From: Schaalia meyeri
Lineage (GTDB): Bacteria; Actinomycetota; Actinomycetes; Actinomycetales; Actinomycetaceae
DNA length: 32,000 nt
Reading direction: 5' to 3'
Assembly (NCBI RefSeq): GCF_900105015.1
Contig: NZ_FNLK01000010.1
Location: 90,001 to 122,000 of the forward strand
Shown here one piece after another: positions 15,070 through 26,372 of the stretch (within the stretch, counting starts at the first letter, position 1; the number at the start of each line of letters is the position of its first letter). Both the position numbers and the translations under genes were made by a program. Below the pieces are notes generated by a model, which was not told the origin of the DNA, did no database searches, and was given only the letters and a program-made list of their open reading frames with translations.

Positions 15070-15213
15070 GGCACGCGACCAAGCGCGGTGGAAACGGCGT
15101 CAAGCGCAGCAAAGACACGGCCGAGCACCCGGGCAACACAGCCACACGCGGCGGCGCGCAATGCGCGGTGGCGGGGCGCGGCTCAATCCGATTCTGCCCC
15201 GCCCCGACGCGCC

Positions 15214-16377
15214 TCACCTGACGAAGGCCTCCAGCCACCCGCAGATCGCGGCGTAGACGGCCTCGCGAACGGGGGCGTCCGAGAGAACCAGGTCGTGCTT
15301 GCCGGGGAAGCGGGCAATCGTCACCAGGTCCGACAGGTTCAGGCTGCGCTGGGCGATGACCGCCGGATCCAGGACCGTATCGGAGGTGAAAGCGCGCTCG
15401 CTCCACTCCTCGTCGAAATATGAGGACGTTGACACCATCGACAGCACCGGGCACTCCAGCGCCACATCCTTTTCAACGGTATCGTGACCGGCCATGATCG
15501 CCTCCAGCCAGGACGCGGGAACCGGGTAGGATTCGGGGCGTTTCCATTCGTGGGCGAGAGGCCAGCCCGCGACCGAGGGATCGTCGTCGGTCAGTCCGTC
15601 CGGGATGGGCAGCCCCGACGAGGCGCGCCCCGCGAGCGAACGCCCATAGAGACCGGCCCCTCCCGTGGGCACCTCCCACATGGGGTTGTGCGCCGCGATG
15701 CGACCGATGACGGGGGCCATCGCCCCGCGCCACGCGCTCATCGACTGCATTTCCAGCCACGCGGAGTTCAGGATCAGACCCGACAGGACGCCGGGGTGAC
15801 GGTGCGCCCACAGGGTCGCGATGAGTCCGCCCGTCGAATGGCCCATGAGCACCAGGGGCTCGTCGTCGCGTTCCTCGCGGATAAGCTCGATGGCCTGGCC
15901 GATTTCCTCGTCGTAAACCAAAAGGTCATCCGTGTATCCGATTGTCTGGTGGGGGCGCAGGCTGCGCCCGTACTTGCGCATGTCCAGCGCGTAGAACGCC
16001 ACGTCCGCCTCCGTCAAACGGTGCGCCATCTCCGTCTGGAAAAAGTAGTCGTTGCGGCCGTGCAGGTACAAAACTGTCATGCGCGCATTTTGCGTGGCCC
16101 TCGCGCGCACCAGAGTCGCCACGCACGCTCCCTCCGCGTCGTCCAAGAGCTCGATCGTGCGTGAGACGAAGTCCTGGCCGAGGATGTCGGTGCGCCATTC
16201 CTGGCCGGGAGGGCCGGCGTGGCCCCACGGGGCCATCACGTCGCGCTCGGGCAGGGTGGGGGGTACGGCCCGGTCGTCGTTCGACGAGGCCTGGGCCGGC
16301 ACCCCGGAGAAACCGGCGAGTTCGGGCGCCTCGGAACGGTGGCGGTCGTGTGGCGTGGGATCGGTGGAAGCGCTCAT
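15214..16377 (-). CDS. alpha/beta-fold hydrolase (lysophospholipase/monoacylglycerol-lipase-like)
   Basis: YLHGRNDYFFQ (oxyanion region), nucleophile elbow GHSTGG and a C-terminal GKHD. The start is taken as ATG 16377. The frame stays open to GTG 16617 with intermediate GC3, so a longer Pro-rich N-terminus cannot be excluded. Confidence 0.85.
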   Translation of the reverse strand: MSASTDPTPHDRHRSEAPELAGFSGVPAQASSNDDRAVPPTLPERDVMAPWGHAGPPGQEWRTDILGQDFVSRTIELLDDAEGACVATLVRARATQNARMTVLYLHGRNDYFFQTEMAHRLTEADVAFYALDMRKYGRSLRPHQTIGYTDDLLVYDEEIGQAIELIREERDDEPLVLMGHSTGGLIATLWAHRHPGVLSGLILNSAWLEMQSMSAWRGAMAPVIGRIAAHNPMWEVPTGGAGLYGRSLAGRASSGLPIPDGLTDDDPSVAGWPLAHEWKRPESYPVPASWLEAIMAGHDTVEKDVALECPVLSMVSTSSYFDEEWSERAFTSDTVLDPAVIAQRSLNLSDLVTIARFPGKHDLVLSDAPVREAVYAAICGWLEAFVR

Positions 16378-16661
16378 GAGGCCAGCATAACGCGCGGGGT
16401 CACCGGCCTCGTCGATTGGCGAGGGGGTGACAGGGTGCGCGGTAGGGCGGTTGACGCTGCCTCGGCGCGGGCAGCCGTCGATTGGCGGGGACGATGGGGC
16501 ATGTGGCGGGGGTCTGCGTGGGTGGAGTGAACGGGCCGAGGCCGGGCGATTTCGTGCGGTGAACGTCGGACGGGGCACGTGAAGGACAGGAAGCGCGCCA
16601 AATGTGAGTAGAAGCACTCGAAGGCTGGTGGCGGGTGAAAAATATAAGTAATTGCTCGGTA

Positions 16662-16751
16662 TTCATGGTGTGAATGTTACTAATGTTGCGATTGTTGCGA
16701 CTGTGAACGGTGGTGATTTTGGTGCGTTTGTTGCCAAGTGTGGCGAAAGTG
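16662..16751. repeat. array of about ten degenerate 9-bp units (NNNNtGkTG) in the divergent promoter region
   Basis: Read in 9-nt register from 16662: ttcatGGTG tgaatGTTa ctaatGTTG cgattGTTG cgactGTGa acggtGGTG attttGGTG cgtttGTTG ccaagTGTG gcgaaaGTG. Confidence 0.5.
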
Positions 16752-16810
16752 GATAGGCTCGTTCTCATGTACGCGCCCGCGGGCGCCCGCACTGACGAGA
16801 TGAGACGACG

Positions 16811-18103
16811 ATGAGACAACGCGGAACCATCCGCATGGGACTGACGGCGCTGGCTGCCTGCGCCCTCCTGGTCCTGCCCCAGGTGGCGCAGGCAGCACCC
16901 TCCGAGGAAGAAATCGCGGCGGCCAAAGCGGCCGAAGAGGCCGCGAAGATGAGTGTCGCCCAGATTGAGGTCAAGCTGGCCGAAGTCAGCGCTAACGCCG
17001 CAGCTGCCACCCAGAGGGCGCAAATCGCCGGAGAAGACCTCAACGAAGCCAATATCGCCCTGGCCGAGGCCACCGCGACCGCCTCGGCCGCCTCGGACGA
17101 CGCCGACGCCGCCGAGGCGGCATTCCAGGAAGGCAAACAACAGATTGCCGCCGTCGCCCAGACCGCCTACCGGAACGGTGGCGGCTCTCTCGACGCCATC
17201 GCGCCCTACCTCGACTCCGACGGGCTGCGCAGCGTCGAAACCAAGCAGGCGGGCATTAACTCCTTCTCGGCCTCGGCCGAGGCGAAGATGCAGAACGTCG
17301 CCGCCCTCGAACAGGTCGCCAAGGTCACCCGCGACGCCGCGAACGCCGCGCTGGCCAACCAGGAAGCGGCCACCGCCGCGGTCCAGGCCCGCACCGACGC
17401 CGCAAACAGGGCAGCGGCCGCAGCTCAGAACGAGGCCGCCCTCGTCGCCGCCCAGCGCAGCGCCTACGTGCAGGAGCTGGCCGCCAAGCAGAACACGACC
17501 GTCGACCTCATCAACCAGCGCGAGGCGGCCCTCGAAGCCGAACGCCAAGAGGCCGCACGCATCGCCGCCGAGCAGGCCGCCGCAGCCGCCGAAGAACGCC
17601 GTCAGGCACAGGCCGCCGCTGCCGAGCAGGCCGCGTCCCAGGCCTCATCTTCCGCAGGCGATGACGACGACGATTCCCCGGGCAGCCCCGCGCCCTCGCG
17701 CCCGGCACCCCCCTACTCTCCTCCCGCCAGCTCGGGCGGCGGCGCATCCACCGCGATCGCGGCCGCGAAGAGCTACCTCGGCGTGCCTTACGTGTGGGGC
17801 GGCGAATCCTACGGCGGCGTGGACTGCTCCGGCCTGACCATGCTTGCCTGGCGCAGCGCGGGCGTCAACCTGCCGCACCTGTCGCGCGCCCAGTACGGAT
17901 ACGGCACGCACGTGCCGATCGGGAGCATGGAGCCTGGAGACCTGATCTTCTGGTCCTCCAACGGCGCGCAGTCCGGCATCTACCACGTCGCCATGTACCT
18001 GGGCGGCGGGCAGATGATCGAGGCCCCCACCTTCGGCGTGCCCGTGCGCATCACCGGCGTCTACAGCTGGGGATCCATCATGCCCTACGCTGTGAGGCTG
18101 TGA
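16811..18103 (+). CDS. secreted RipA-like peptidoglycan endopeptidase (coiled-coil N-domain, Pro-rich linker, C-terminal NlpC/P60)
   Basis: Signal peptide ...LVLPQVAQA|AP, a long Ala/Glu/Gln coiled-coil region, and an NlpC/P60 domain with GVPYVWGGES, catalytic DCSGL and YHVAMYLG. Confidence 0.92.
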   Translation: MRQRGTIRMGLTALAACALLVLPQVAQAAPSEEEIAAAKAAEEAAKMSVAQIEVKLAEVSANAAAATQRAQIAGEDLNEANIALAEATATASAASDDADAAEAAFQEGKQQIAAVAQTAYRNGGGSLDAIAPYLDSDGLRSVETKQAGINSFSASAEAKMQNVAALEQVAKVTRDAANAALANQEAATAAVQARTDAANRAAAAAQNEAALVAAQRSAYVQELAAKQNTTVDLINQREAALEAERQEAARIAAEQAAAAAEERRQAQAAAAEQAASQASSSAGDDDDDSPGSPAPSRPAPPYSPPASSGGGASTAIAAAKSYLGVPYVWGGESYGGVDCSGLTMLAWRSAGVNLPHLSRAQYGYGTHVPIGSMEPGDLIFWSSNGAQSGIYHVAMYLGGGQMIEAPTFGVPVRITGVYSWGSIMPYAVRL

Positions 18104-18126
18104 ATCCTCGAGGCAAATAAGCGAGC

Positions 18127-18160
18127 GGGGCCGCACAGACCGTCAAGTCTGTGCGGCCCC
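18127..18160. terminator. bidirectional hairpin terminator between the convergent NlpC/P60 and ppa genes
   Basis: A perfect 14-bp stem (ggggccgcacagac/gtctgtgcggcccc) with a 6-nt loop. The T-tracts are weak: ttcg on the plus strand and cttattt after a 5-nt spacer on the minus strand. Confidence 0.55.
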
Positions 18161-18229
18161 TTCGCGCGCGTGAAGGTTGTGCGCGAGGCGAGCGCCGGCC
18201 ATCGGACGGGCGCGGCCCCCGCGCTGGGC

Positions 18230-18724
18230 TCAGTGCCCGCCCTGGTGTTCCTTCAATCGCTCGTAGGAGCGGCGGATCTCCTCCTCGGCCTCCTCGCGGC
18301 CCACCCAGTGGGCGCCCTCAACGCTCTTACCGGGCTCCAGGTCCTTGTAGACCTCGAAGAAGTGCTGGATCTCCAGGCGGTGGAACTCCGAGACGTCCTC
18401 GATGTCGGTGCGCCAGGAGGCGCGCTGGTCGGCGCTGGGCACGCACAGGACCTTGTCGTCGCCGCCCTTCTCGTCGCGCATGCGGAACATGCCCAGCGCG
18501 CGGCAGCGGATGACGCAGCCGGGGAAGGTCGGCTCCTCCAGCAGCACCAGGGCATCCAGGGGGTCGCCGTCCTCGCCGAGGGTTCCGTCGATGAAGCCGT
18601 AGTCGTCGGGGTAGCGCGTGGACGTGAAGAGCATGCGGTCCAGGCGGATGCGTCCGGTGTCGTGGTCGATCTCGTACTTGTTTCGGTTCCCCTTAGGGAT
18701 CTCGATGGTCACGTCGAATTCCAT
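18230..18724 (-). CDS. ppa: inorganic pyrophosphatase, family I
   Basis: [20 protein letters not shown]..., [20 protein letters not shown] and [16 protein letters not shown] lies 8 nt upstream of the ATG. Confidence 0.95.
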   Translation of the reverse strand: MEFDVTIEIPKGNRNKYEIDHDTGRIRLDRMLFTSTRYPDDYGFIDGTLGEDGDPLDALVLLEEPTFPGCVIRCRALGMFRMRDEKGGDDKVLCVPSADQRASWRTDIEDVSEFHRLEIQHFFEVYKDLEPGKSVEGAHWVGREEAEEEIRRSYERLKEHQGGH

Positions 18725-18826
18725 GGCTGTGCCTTCCGCGTCAGCCCCCGAAACTCGGGGGCCAGTTGGTTATGTGGGTGCATGGACGGGTAGTCTAGCT
18801 ACCTAGGAAACCACGAAGGGACATCC

Positions 18827-20182
18827 ATGCATCGCACGTCTATGGGGGCAATTGTAAGCGCTAGTGCCGCGCTCGTGGCGGCAGTGGCGATGGTGAGTGC
18901 CGGTTGTTCTTCATCCGGGCAAGCCGCGGCACCGCCACCGACCGCATCCAGGCTCGATCCGGCGGTGGCAGCGCAGGATTCCCATGCCTCGTCAACGCCG
19001 GTCAGCGAGGCCGACGTCGAGGCGCTGTGGGCGCCCGTCGCCGCCGCGGCCGCTGCCGGGGGGTACACCGCGTGGGGCACGGTCGTGGACGCGGAAACCG
19101 GCAAAGTCCTGCTGGACGCGGAAGCCTCCACCCCCCATACGCCCGCCTCCACCACGAAGACCCTGGCGGCCTTCACCGCCCTGGCGCACCTGGATCCGAC
19201 GAAGACGCTTGCGACCAGCGCCCTCCTGAGCGCCGACTCCCAGACCCTCTACCTCGACTCAGAGGGGGATCTGCTCCTGGGCATCGGCACCTCCGAGGAA
19301 ACCGAGGTGTCGGGACGCGCGGGCCTGCAGACCCTGGCGAACGACGCGGCCGCCGCCCTGACCCAGCGAGGCATCACCTCGGTGACCCTGAAGTGGAGGG
19401 ACACCCTCTTTGAGGGCGCCTCGCACCTGTCGTCGTGGGACGCCCAGGAAGTGGGCGCCTACGAGGGGCACGTCGGCCCCATGGCCATCGACGCCGGGCG
19501 CACCTTTGAGGGAGCGAACGACTTTTACGCGGACGCCCCCGCGCGCGTCGCCCAGGTCTTTGCTCAGGCCCTGGGGGCAGCCGGCATCAGCGCAAACCTC
19601 GGCGAGGCCGGTCAGGCCCCCGCCGGGACGGAAACCCTGGCGTCCGTCAGCTCCGCGACGATGGGCGAGCAGCTGCGTTGGATGCTGGCCCACTCGGACA
19701 ACACGCTCGCCGACCAGTATTGTCGCTTCGCCGCGCGCGCCGCCGGGGCGCCGTCCACCTACGAGGGCGCCACCGCCACGGTCGCGAGCACGCTGAGCGC
19801 GGCCGGGGTCCCCACCCAGGGCCTATCCCTCGAGGACTGCTCGGGCCTGTCCAGCAACGACCGCATCAGCGCCAACACGCTGGTCGGCGTCCTCAAGGCC
19901 TCGTATGCGGGGCAGGGGACCAGCGCTGACACGATGCGCCTCCTGCCCTGGGCGGGGCTCGTGGGCACGCTCTCTAAGCGCATGAACGAGGCCCCCGCCG
20001 CCGGAAACGTGCAGGCAAAGACGGGTGCGCTGGCGGAGGTGACCTCGCTGTCGGGTTCCGTCATCACGCGGGGCGGGCGCGTTCTGCTGGTGTCGATCGG
20101 GCACGACCGGGTGAGCGGGGGAGCGCTCGCCACGCGCGGTCACCTGGACGCCTTCGAGGAGGGCCTGGCCAGGCTAAACTAG
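18827..20182 (+). CDS. dacB: D-alanyl-D-alanine carboxypeptidase/endopeptidase, PBP4 (S13) family
   Basis: Signal/lipoprotein-like N-terminus (MVSAGCSSS), active-site SxxK (PASTTKT), SxN (HSDNT) and KTG (AKTGAL). It occupies the conserved position next to ppa and tilS. Confidence 0.88.
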   Translation: MHRTSMGAIVSASAALVAAVAMVSAGCSSSGQAAAPPPTASRLDPAVAAQDSHASSTPVSEADVEALWAPVAAAAAAGGYTAWGTVVDAETGKVLLDAEASTPHTPASTTKTLAAFTALAHLDPTKTLATSALLSADSQTLYLDSEGDLLLGIGTSEETEVSGRAGLQTLANDAAAALTQRGITSVTLKWRDTLFEGASHLSSWDAQEVGAYEGHVGPMAIDAGRTFEGANDFYADAPARVAQVFAQALGAAGISANLGEAGQAPAGTETLASVSSATMGEQLRWMLAHSDNTLADQYCRFAARAAGAPSTYEGATATVASTLSAAGVPTQGLSLEDCSGLSSNDRISANTLVGVLKASYAGQGTSADTMRLLPWAGLVGTLSKRMNEAPAAGNVQAKTGALAEVTSLSGSVITRGGRVLLVSIGHDRVSGGALATRGHLDAFEEGLARLN

Positions 20183-20186
20183 GGTC

Positions 20187-21029
20187 ATGGATATGCCGTT
20201 TGGCCCGCGCGACGTCGCGGGAGTTCTCGCTTCGCTGTCCTACGCGGGACCGTCGGCGTCCCGCGTGGGCGCCTCCGCCGTCGTGGCGCGCCTGCGTCGA
20301 TCGGTGGCCTGGTCGGATCGCAAGCTCGTACAACTGTCGCCCCTGCCTGAGGCCTCCGCGAAGGTGGCCGCGTCCTCGACCCTGGTCGTTGATCGCCGCG
20401 GACTGATCCGATCCGTCGGCGCCATCCTGGATCGTTTTGAGGACACGCGCACGCCGATGGTGCTCGCCGCCGAGGCCATCATCCTGCGGGCGCTGGCCAA
20501 GAACGCGACGGGCATTTGGGACGTTATTTCCTCGCGCCGGATCCTGGTCGCGCCGAACGTGCTCGCGGACGCGCAGCGCTACGCCCTGGATCAGACGGAC
20601 TGGTGCCGCTGGGTGTGCCTGTGCACGGGCCTGCGCGCCGTCCACCTGACGCACGCCCCCTACCTGGTCCCCCACATCGCGGGCCTGATTCGTGCCCTTC
20701 CCGAACGCAGCGACGAGCTGGTGCGCATCGTTTTGCTCCTGGATGCCCTGCCGTCCGCGCAGATGGAGGTGCTCACCCCTCGGGACCTGCCTTCGATCCA
20801 GTGGCTGCGCACCCACCGGGCGCAGGCCGGGGGCGTGGCGCTGGTGCGCGCGTGCGCGGCGGCCGGCATGCCGCTGGCCGGGGTCGAATCCATCTGGGCA
20901 CAGACCGCGGGCTTTGCGCGAACGGTCGTGCGCGAAGGCGCGATCAGGGCGCTGCTGTCCGGCCCGGAGGCGCTGCCCACCGCGCAGGAGTACGCCGCGC
21001 CCAGAACGTGGCTGGCGCGTGTGCGCTGA
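20187..21029 (+). CDS. conserved hypothetical protein at the zincin-like (DUF2342-type) position upstream of tilS; no HExxH motif present
   Basis: Good coding signal and ATG 4 nt after the dacB stop. Synteny matches the mycobacterial dacB-like/hypothetical/tilS order. The stretch WVCLCTGLRAVHLTHAPYLVPHI aligns by eye to the metalloprotease motif region, but no HE dipeptide occurs anywhere in the protein. Confidence 0.6.
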   Translation: MDMPFGPRDVAGVLASLSYAGPSASRVGASAVVARLRRSVAWSDRKLVQLSPLPEASAKVAASSTLVVDRRGLIRSVGAILDRFEDTRTPMVLAAEAIILRALAKNATGIWDVISSRRILVAPNVLADAQRYALDQTDWCRWVCLCTGLRAVHLTHAPYLVPHIAGLIRALPERSDELVRIVLLLDALPSAQMEVLTPRDLPSIQWLRTHRAQAGGVALVRACAAAGMPLAGVESIWAQTAGFARTVVREGAIRALLSGPEALPTAQEYAAPRTWLARVR

Positions 21030-22128
21030 GGCCTCGCGCCTCGTGGGTCCCAACCCGCGGGGGCCGCTGCGCGCGTGCTCGCTCGCGGTTAACGACTGCC
21101 TGAACCGTGTGATCGGGCGGGCTGGGTCCCTCACCTCCATCGTCGTGGGGCTGTCGGGGGGCGCGGATTCGCTGGCGCTGGCCCTGGTTTCGATCGACGC
21201 TGCCGCGCGCGCGGGTATCCCGGTTGTGACGGTCACCGTCGACCACGGGTTGCGTGCGGGCAGCGACGAGGAGGCGCGTCGCGTCGCGGACCTGGCGTGC
21301 TCCCTGGGCGCGCGAGGCATCGTCGAGACCGTGCGCGTGGGGCGCACCGGGGGCGGGGGACCCGAGGCCTCGGCGCGCGAAGCCAGGCGCGCGGCCCTGC
21401 GTGGCGTTGCGCTGTGCGAGGGCGCCCCCGTCTTGCTGGGGCACACGATGGATGACCAGGCCGAGACCGTCCTGCTGCGGCTGGCCAGGGGTTCTGGCCC
21501 CTCCTCGCTGCGGGCTATTGCCCCCGTTTCGCGCGACGGGGATGGGGTGACGTGGCTGAGGCCCCTGCTCGGACTGCGGCGGGGGGATACCGCGGGAGCG
21601 TGCGAGCAGGCCGGGCTCGTCCCGGTCGAGGATCCGACGAACGCCATCGACGGCCCGTGGCGCGCAGCGGACGGGACTCCGCTGCGGCGCTGCGCCCTGC
21701 GGCATCTGGCGATCCCGGCCCTGGCCTCGGCCCTGGGGGTGGACCCGGTGCCCGCGCTGGCGCGCACTGCCGAACTGTGCGCGCGCGACGACGATGCCCT
21801 GAGCGAGTGGGCGCGGGAACTCACCCGGAGCGCGCGCGGCGACGAAGCACGGCAGGCCCCGGATCCGGCGGGGGAGGGGGGATTCGCGCTCGGCGTTCGG
21901 GAGCTGGCAGGAGCGCCCCGGGCGGTGCGTACGCGCGCGCTGCGCGAGGCCGCTTCGGCGGCGGGTGTAGGTTCGCTGTCTCGCGCCAACGTCGATGCCG
22001 TGGACGCCCTGGTGGTCGCGTGGAGGGGCCAGGGGCCGATCGATCTGCCCGGCGGGAGCGCGCGGCGCGTCGGGCGTGGGGCAACGGCGCGAATCGTCTT
22101 TACCGCAGGTCACGCCCCAATCCAGTGA
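21019..22128 (+). CDS. tilS: tRNA(Ile)-lysidine synthase
   Basis: PP-loop VGLSGGADSLALA and downstream GHTMDDQAETVLLRLARGSG. The start is GTG 21019 (overlapping the upstream stop) or GTG 21043. The longer ORF from 20692 lies inside the upstream gene. Confidence 0.88.
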   Translation: MCAEASRLVGPNPRGPLRACSLAVNDCLNRVIGRAGSLTSIVVGLSGGADSLALALVSIDAAARAGIPVVTVTVDHGLRAGSDEEARRVADLACSLGARGIVETVRVGRTGGGGPEASAREARRAALRGVALCEGAPVLLGHTMDDQAETVLLRLARGSGPSSLRAIAPVSRDGDGVTWLRPLLGLRRGDTAGACEQAGLVPVEDPTNAIDGPWRAADGTPLRRCALRHLAIPALASALGVDPVPALARTAELCARDDDALSEWARELTRSARGDEARQAPDPAGEGGFALGVRELAGAPRAVRTRALREAASAAGVGSLSRANVDAVDALVVAWRGQGPIDLPGGSARRVGRGATARIVFTAGHAPIQ

Positions 22129-22326
22129 AACAGCAGTCCGCGCGTCGTGAGGGACGCGATGGCCTCGGCCCGCCCCAAGGAGACGCCGGTGAGGGCACAC
22201 AGGATGTTGCGCTCACAGTGAGAATCTGTGCCTTCCTGGCGCGCTTGCGCCGTTTTGTGGCACGCTTGTAGTGGAATCGCTCGCGCAGCAACGAAACGAA
22301 ACGAGGATACGGTGGACGCCACCGAC

Positions 22327-22889
22327 ATGGGAAACGACCTGAAGGAGATCCTGGTCACCGCCGAGGACATGGACCGCAGGCTCGGCGAGATGGCCGAAGA
22401 GATCGACCGCGACTACGCGGGCAAGGAGCTCTTAGTCGTCGGAGTCCTGCGCGGTGCCGTCATGGTCATGGCGGACCTTTCCCGCAAGCTCCACACGCCC
22501 CTGGAGATGGACTGGATGGCCGTCTCCTCCTACGGGGCGGGCACCAAGAGCTCGGGCGTCGTGCGCATCCTGAAGGATCTTGATCAGGATGTGGATGGGC
22601 GCCACGTCCTGATCATCGAGGACATCATCGACTCTGGATTGACGCTCTCCTGGCTGCGTGCCAACATCGCCGGCCGAGGGGCCGCCTCCGTCAGGATCGC
22701 CACCGCCCTGCGCAAGCCCTCCGCCGCGAAGGTGGACGTGGATGTCGCCTACGTGGGCTTCGATATTCCCGACGAATTCGTCGTCGGATACGGGCTGGAC
22801 TATGCGGAGAAGTACCGAAACCTGCCGTTCGTGGGGACCCTGAGGCCCCACGTTGACAACAATCGAGAACACCTACCTGTAGGGGACGC

Positions 22890-22893
<4 letters not shown>
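22327..22893 (+). CDS. hpt: hypoxanthine-guanine phosphoribosyltransferase
   Basis: ATG 22327 gives the typical N-terminus (DLKEILVTAEDMDRRLGEMAEEIDRDY). PRPP motif VLIIEDIIDSGLTL and C-terminal DEFVVGYGLDYAEKYRNLP. The stop overlaps the ftsH start (ATGA). Confidence 0.92.
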
Positions 22894-24931
<2,038 letters not shown>

Positions 24932-24935
<4 letters not shown>

Positions 24936-25501
24936 CCTACGATCCCGCTGGCGTGTCGAGGGCGTCGCACGACCTGCTGGTCGCGATCGGCGAGGATCCG
25001 GCGCGCGAGGGCTTGGTCGGCACCCCCGAGCGTATGGCGCGCGCGTGGCAGCAGATGTGCTCCGGCCTGACGGAGGATCCGTGCGAGCACCTGCGCACGC
25101 AGTTTCGCGCGGGTACGGACGAGCTGGTGTTGGTGCGCGACATCCCTTTCCATTCGGTGTGTGAGCACCACCTGTTGCCGTTCTTTGGCCGCGCGCACGT
25201 GGGTTACATTCCACGCGGGGGCGTGGTGGTGGGCCTGTCGAAGCTGGCCCGGGTGGTCGAGGGCTACGCTCGCAGGCCCCAGGTACAGGAGCGGTTGACC
25301 GCGCAGGTCGCGGACGCCATCGACCAGGTTCTGGCTCCCCAGGGGGTCATCGTCGTCATCGAGGCCGAGCACCTGTGCATGTCGATGCGGGGCGTGTCCA
25401 AACCCGGTTCGTCGACCGTCACCAGCGCGCTGCGCGGCATCATGAGCGACGGCGCGACCCGGGCCGAGATGATGGCCCTGGTGCTGTCGGGGAGCCGCTG
25501 A
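24932..25501 (+). CDS. folE: GTP cyclohydrolase I
   Basis: GTG 24932 overlaps the ftsH stop (GTGA). Motifs [24 protein letters not shown] and HLCMSMRGV. Confidence 0.95.
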
Positions 25502-25502
25502 C

Positions 25503-26372
25503 ATGAGCGTCCTTCCCCTGCCCCCCGCCCCCACTGTGCAGGCCGCCCCGCCCGCGCCCCCGGCGCTGCCCGGCGGCTTGGCGCTGCCCTGCGGGCGCGC
25601 CGCGATCATGGGGATCCTTAACGTGACCCCCGATTCTTTTTCGGACGGGGGGCGCTACACGGATCCCTCGGCCGCGCTGGCCCACGCGCGCGCGATGGTG
25701 CGCGCGGGCGCTGATCTGATCGACGTGGGCGGCGAGTCGACGCGTCCGAATTCGACGCGCATCGGCGCGGACCAGGAGTGGGAGCGCATCGGTGCGGTGG
25801 TCGAGGCCCTGGCCGGTGAGGGCGTGATCGTGTCGGTGGACACGCTGCACGCCTCGACGGCTCGCGAGGCCGCGCGGGCGGGCGCGGCAATCATCAACGA
25901 CGTGAGCGGCGGGCGATGGGACCCAGAGATGAACCGGGTCGTCGCCCAGTGTGGATGTGCTTACATCATTCAGCATTACCGGGCCCTGCCGGGGATGCCC
26001 GGAGAGTCCTTTGATTACGGGGACGATCTGGTGGGCACGCTGGTCGCGCGCATCAATTCCCAGGTGAGCGATGCGATTGATGCGGGTGTGACACCTGATA
26101 AAATTGTTATCGACCCGGGCCTCGGCTTCTCGCTGACGGTCGATCAGTGCTGGCAGATTCTGTCTGAACTACCGCGATTGTGTTCCTATGGGTACCCTGT
26201 ACTTATAGGGGCGTCACGTAAGCGCTTCGTCAAGGCCCTCGGAGGCGATGTCGATACCGACAGCGCATCCATCGCCGCCCACAGCGTCCGCTTCGGCGCG
26301 TGGGCCGTGCGGGTCCACGACATAGCGGCCACCGTGGCGGCCATCGCCCGAAAGGAGAACGACGTTGAGTAG
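25503..26372 (+). CDS. folP: dihydropteroate synthase
   Basis: IMGILNVTPDSFSDGG, DVGGESTRP and NDVSGG. ATG 25503 is 1 nt after the folE stop. TTG 25578 or ATG 25608 would remove a Pro/Ala-rich N-terminal extension. Confidence 0.92.
   Translation: MSVLPLPPAPTVQAAPPAPPALPGGLALPCGRAAIMGILNVTPDSFSDGGRYTDPSAALAHARAMVRAGADLIDVGGESTRPNSTRIGADQEWERIGAVVEALAGEGVIVSVDTLHASTAREAARAGAAIINDVSGGRWDPEMNRVVAQCGCAYIIQHYRALPGMPGESFDYGDDLVGTLVARINSQVSDAIDAGVTPDKIVIDPGLGFSLTVDQCWQILSELPRLCSYGYPVLIGASRKRFVKALGGDVDTDSASIAAHSVRFGAWAVRVHDIAATVAAIARKENDVE

Noticed and set aside
15170-15203. Hairpin ggcggggc...gccccgcc between the convergent 13222-15069 gene and the hydrolase gene, considered as a terminator.
   Set aside because: It has an 18-nt loop, no T-tract on either strand, and lies 100 nt from the plus-strand stop. 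It is too weak to annotate.
16409-16490. 12-nt exact direct repeat cgtcgattggcg at 16410-16421 and 16476-16487, 66 nt apart.
   Set aside because: It is short and isolated and sits in GC-rich DNA that may be either the hydrolase leader or a Pro-rich N-terminal extension (SPPID / SPID). This is insufficient to call a regulatory element.
16400-16810. Looked for a ydaO-type cyclic-di-AMP riboswitch upstream of the NlpC/P60 hydrolase. The idea was attractive because disA is in the window and such riboswitches precede cell-wall hydrolase genes in actinobacteria.
   Set aside because: The conserved core elements (GGGGUGAA..., CCCGA.CCGACAGCUAACCUCGUA) are absent. Only loose GGUGAAC-like strings occur, and they lie upstream of the AT-rich promoter region rather than in the leader.
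20692-21018. Upstream part of the 478-aa ORF that contains tilS.
   Set aside because: It lies entirely inside the better-supported 20187-21029 gene in another frame. The TilS PP-loop begins ~45 codons after GTG 21019, consistent with a normal-length TilS.
22228-22326. N-terminal extension of the hpt ORF (MPSWRACAVLWH...).
   Set aside because: It sits in a lower-GC non-coding-looking region. The canonical Hpt N-terminus begins at ATG 22327.
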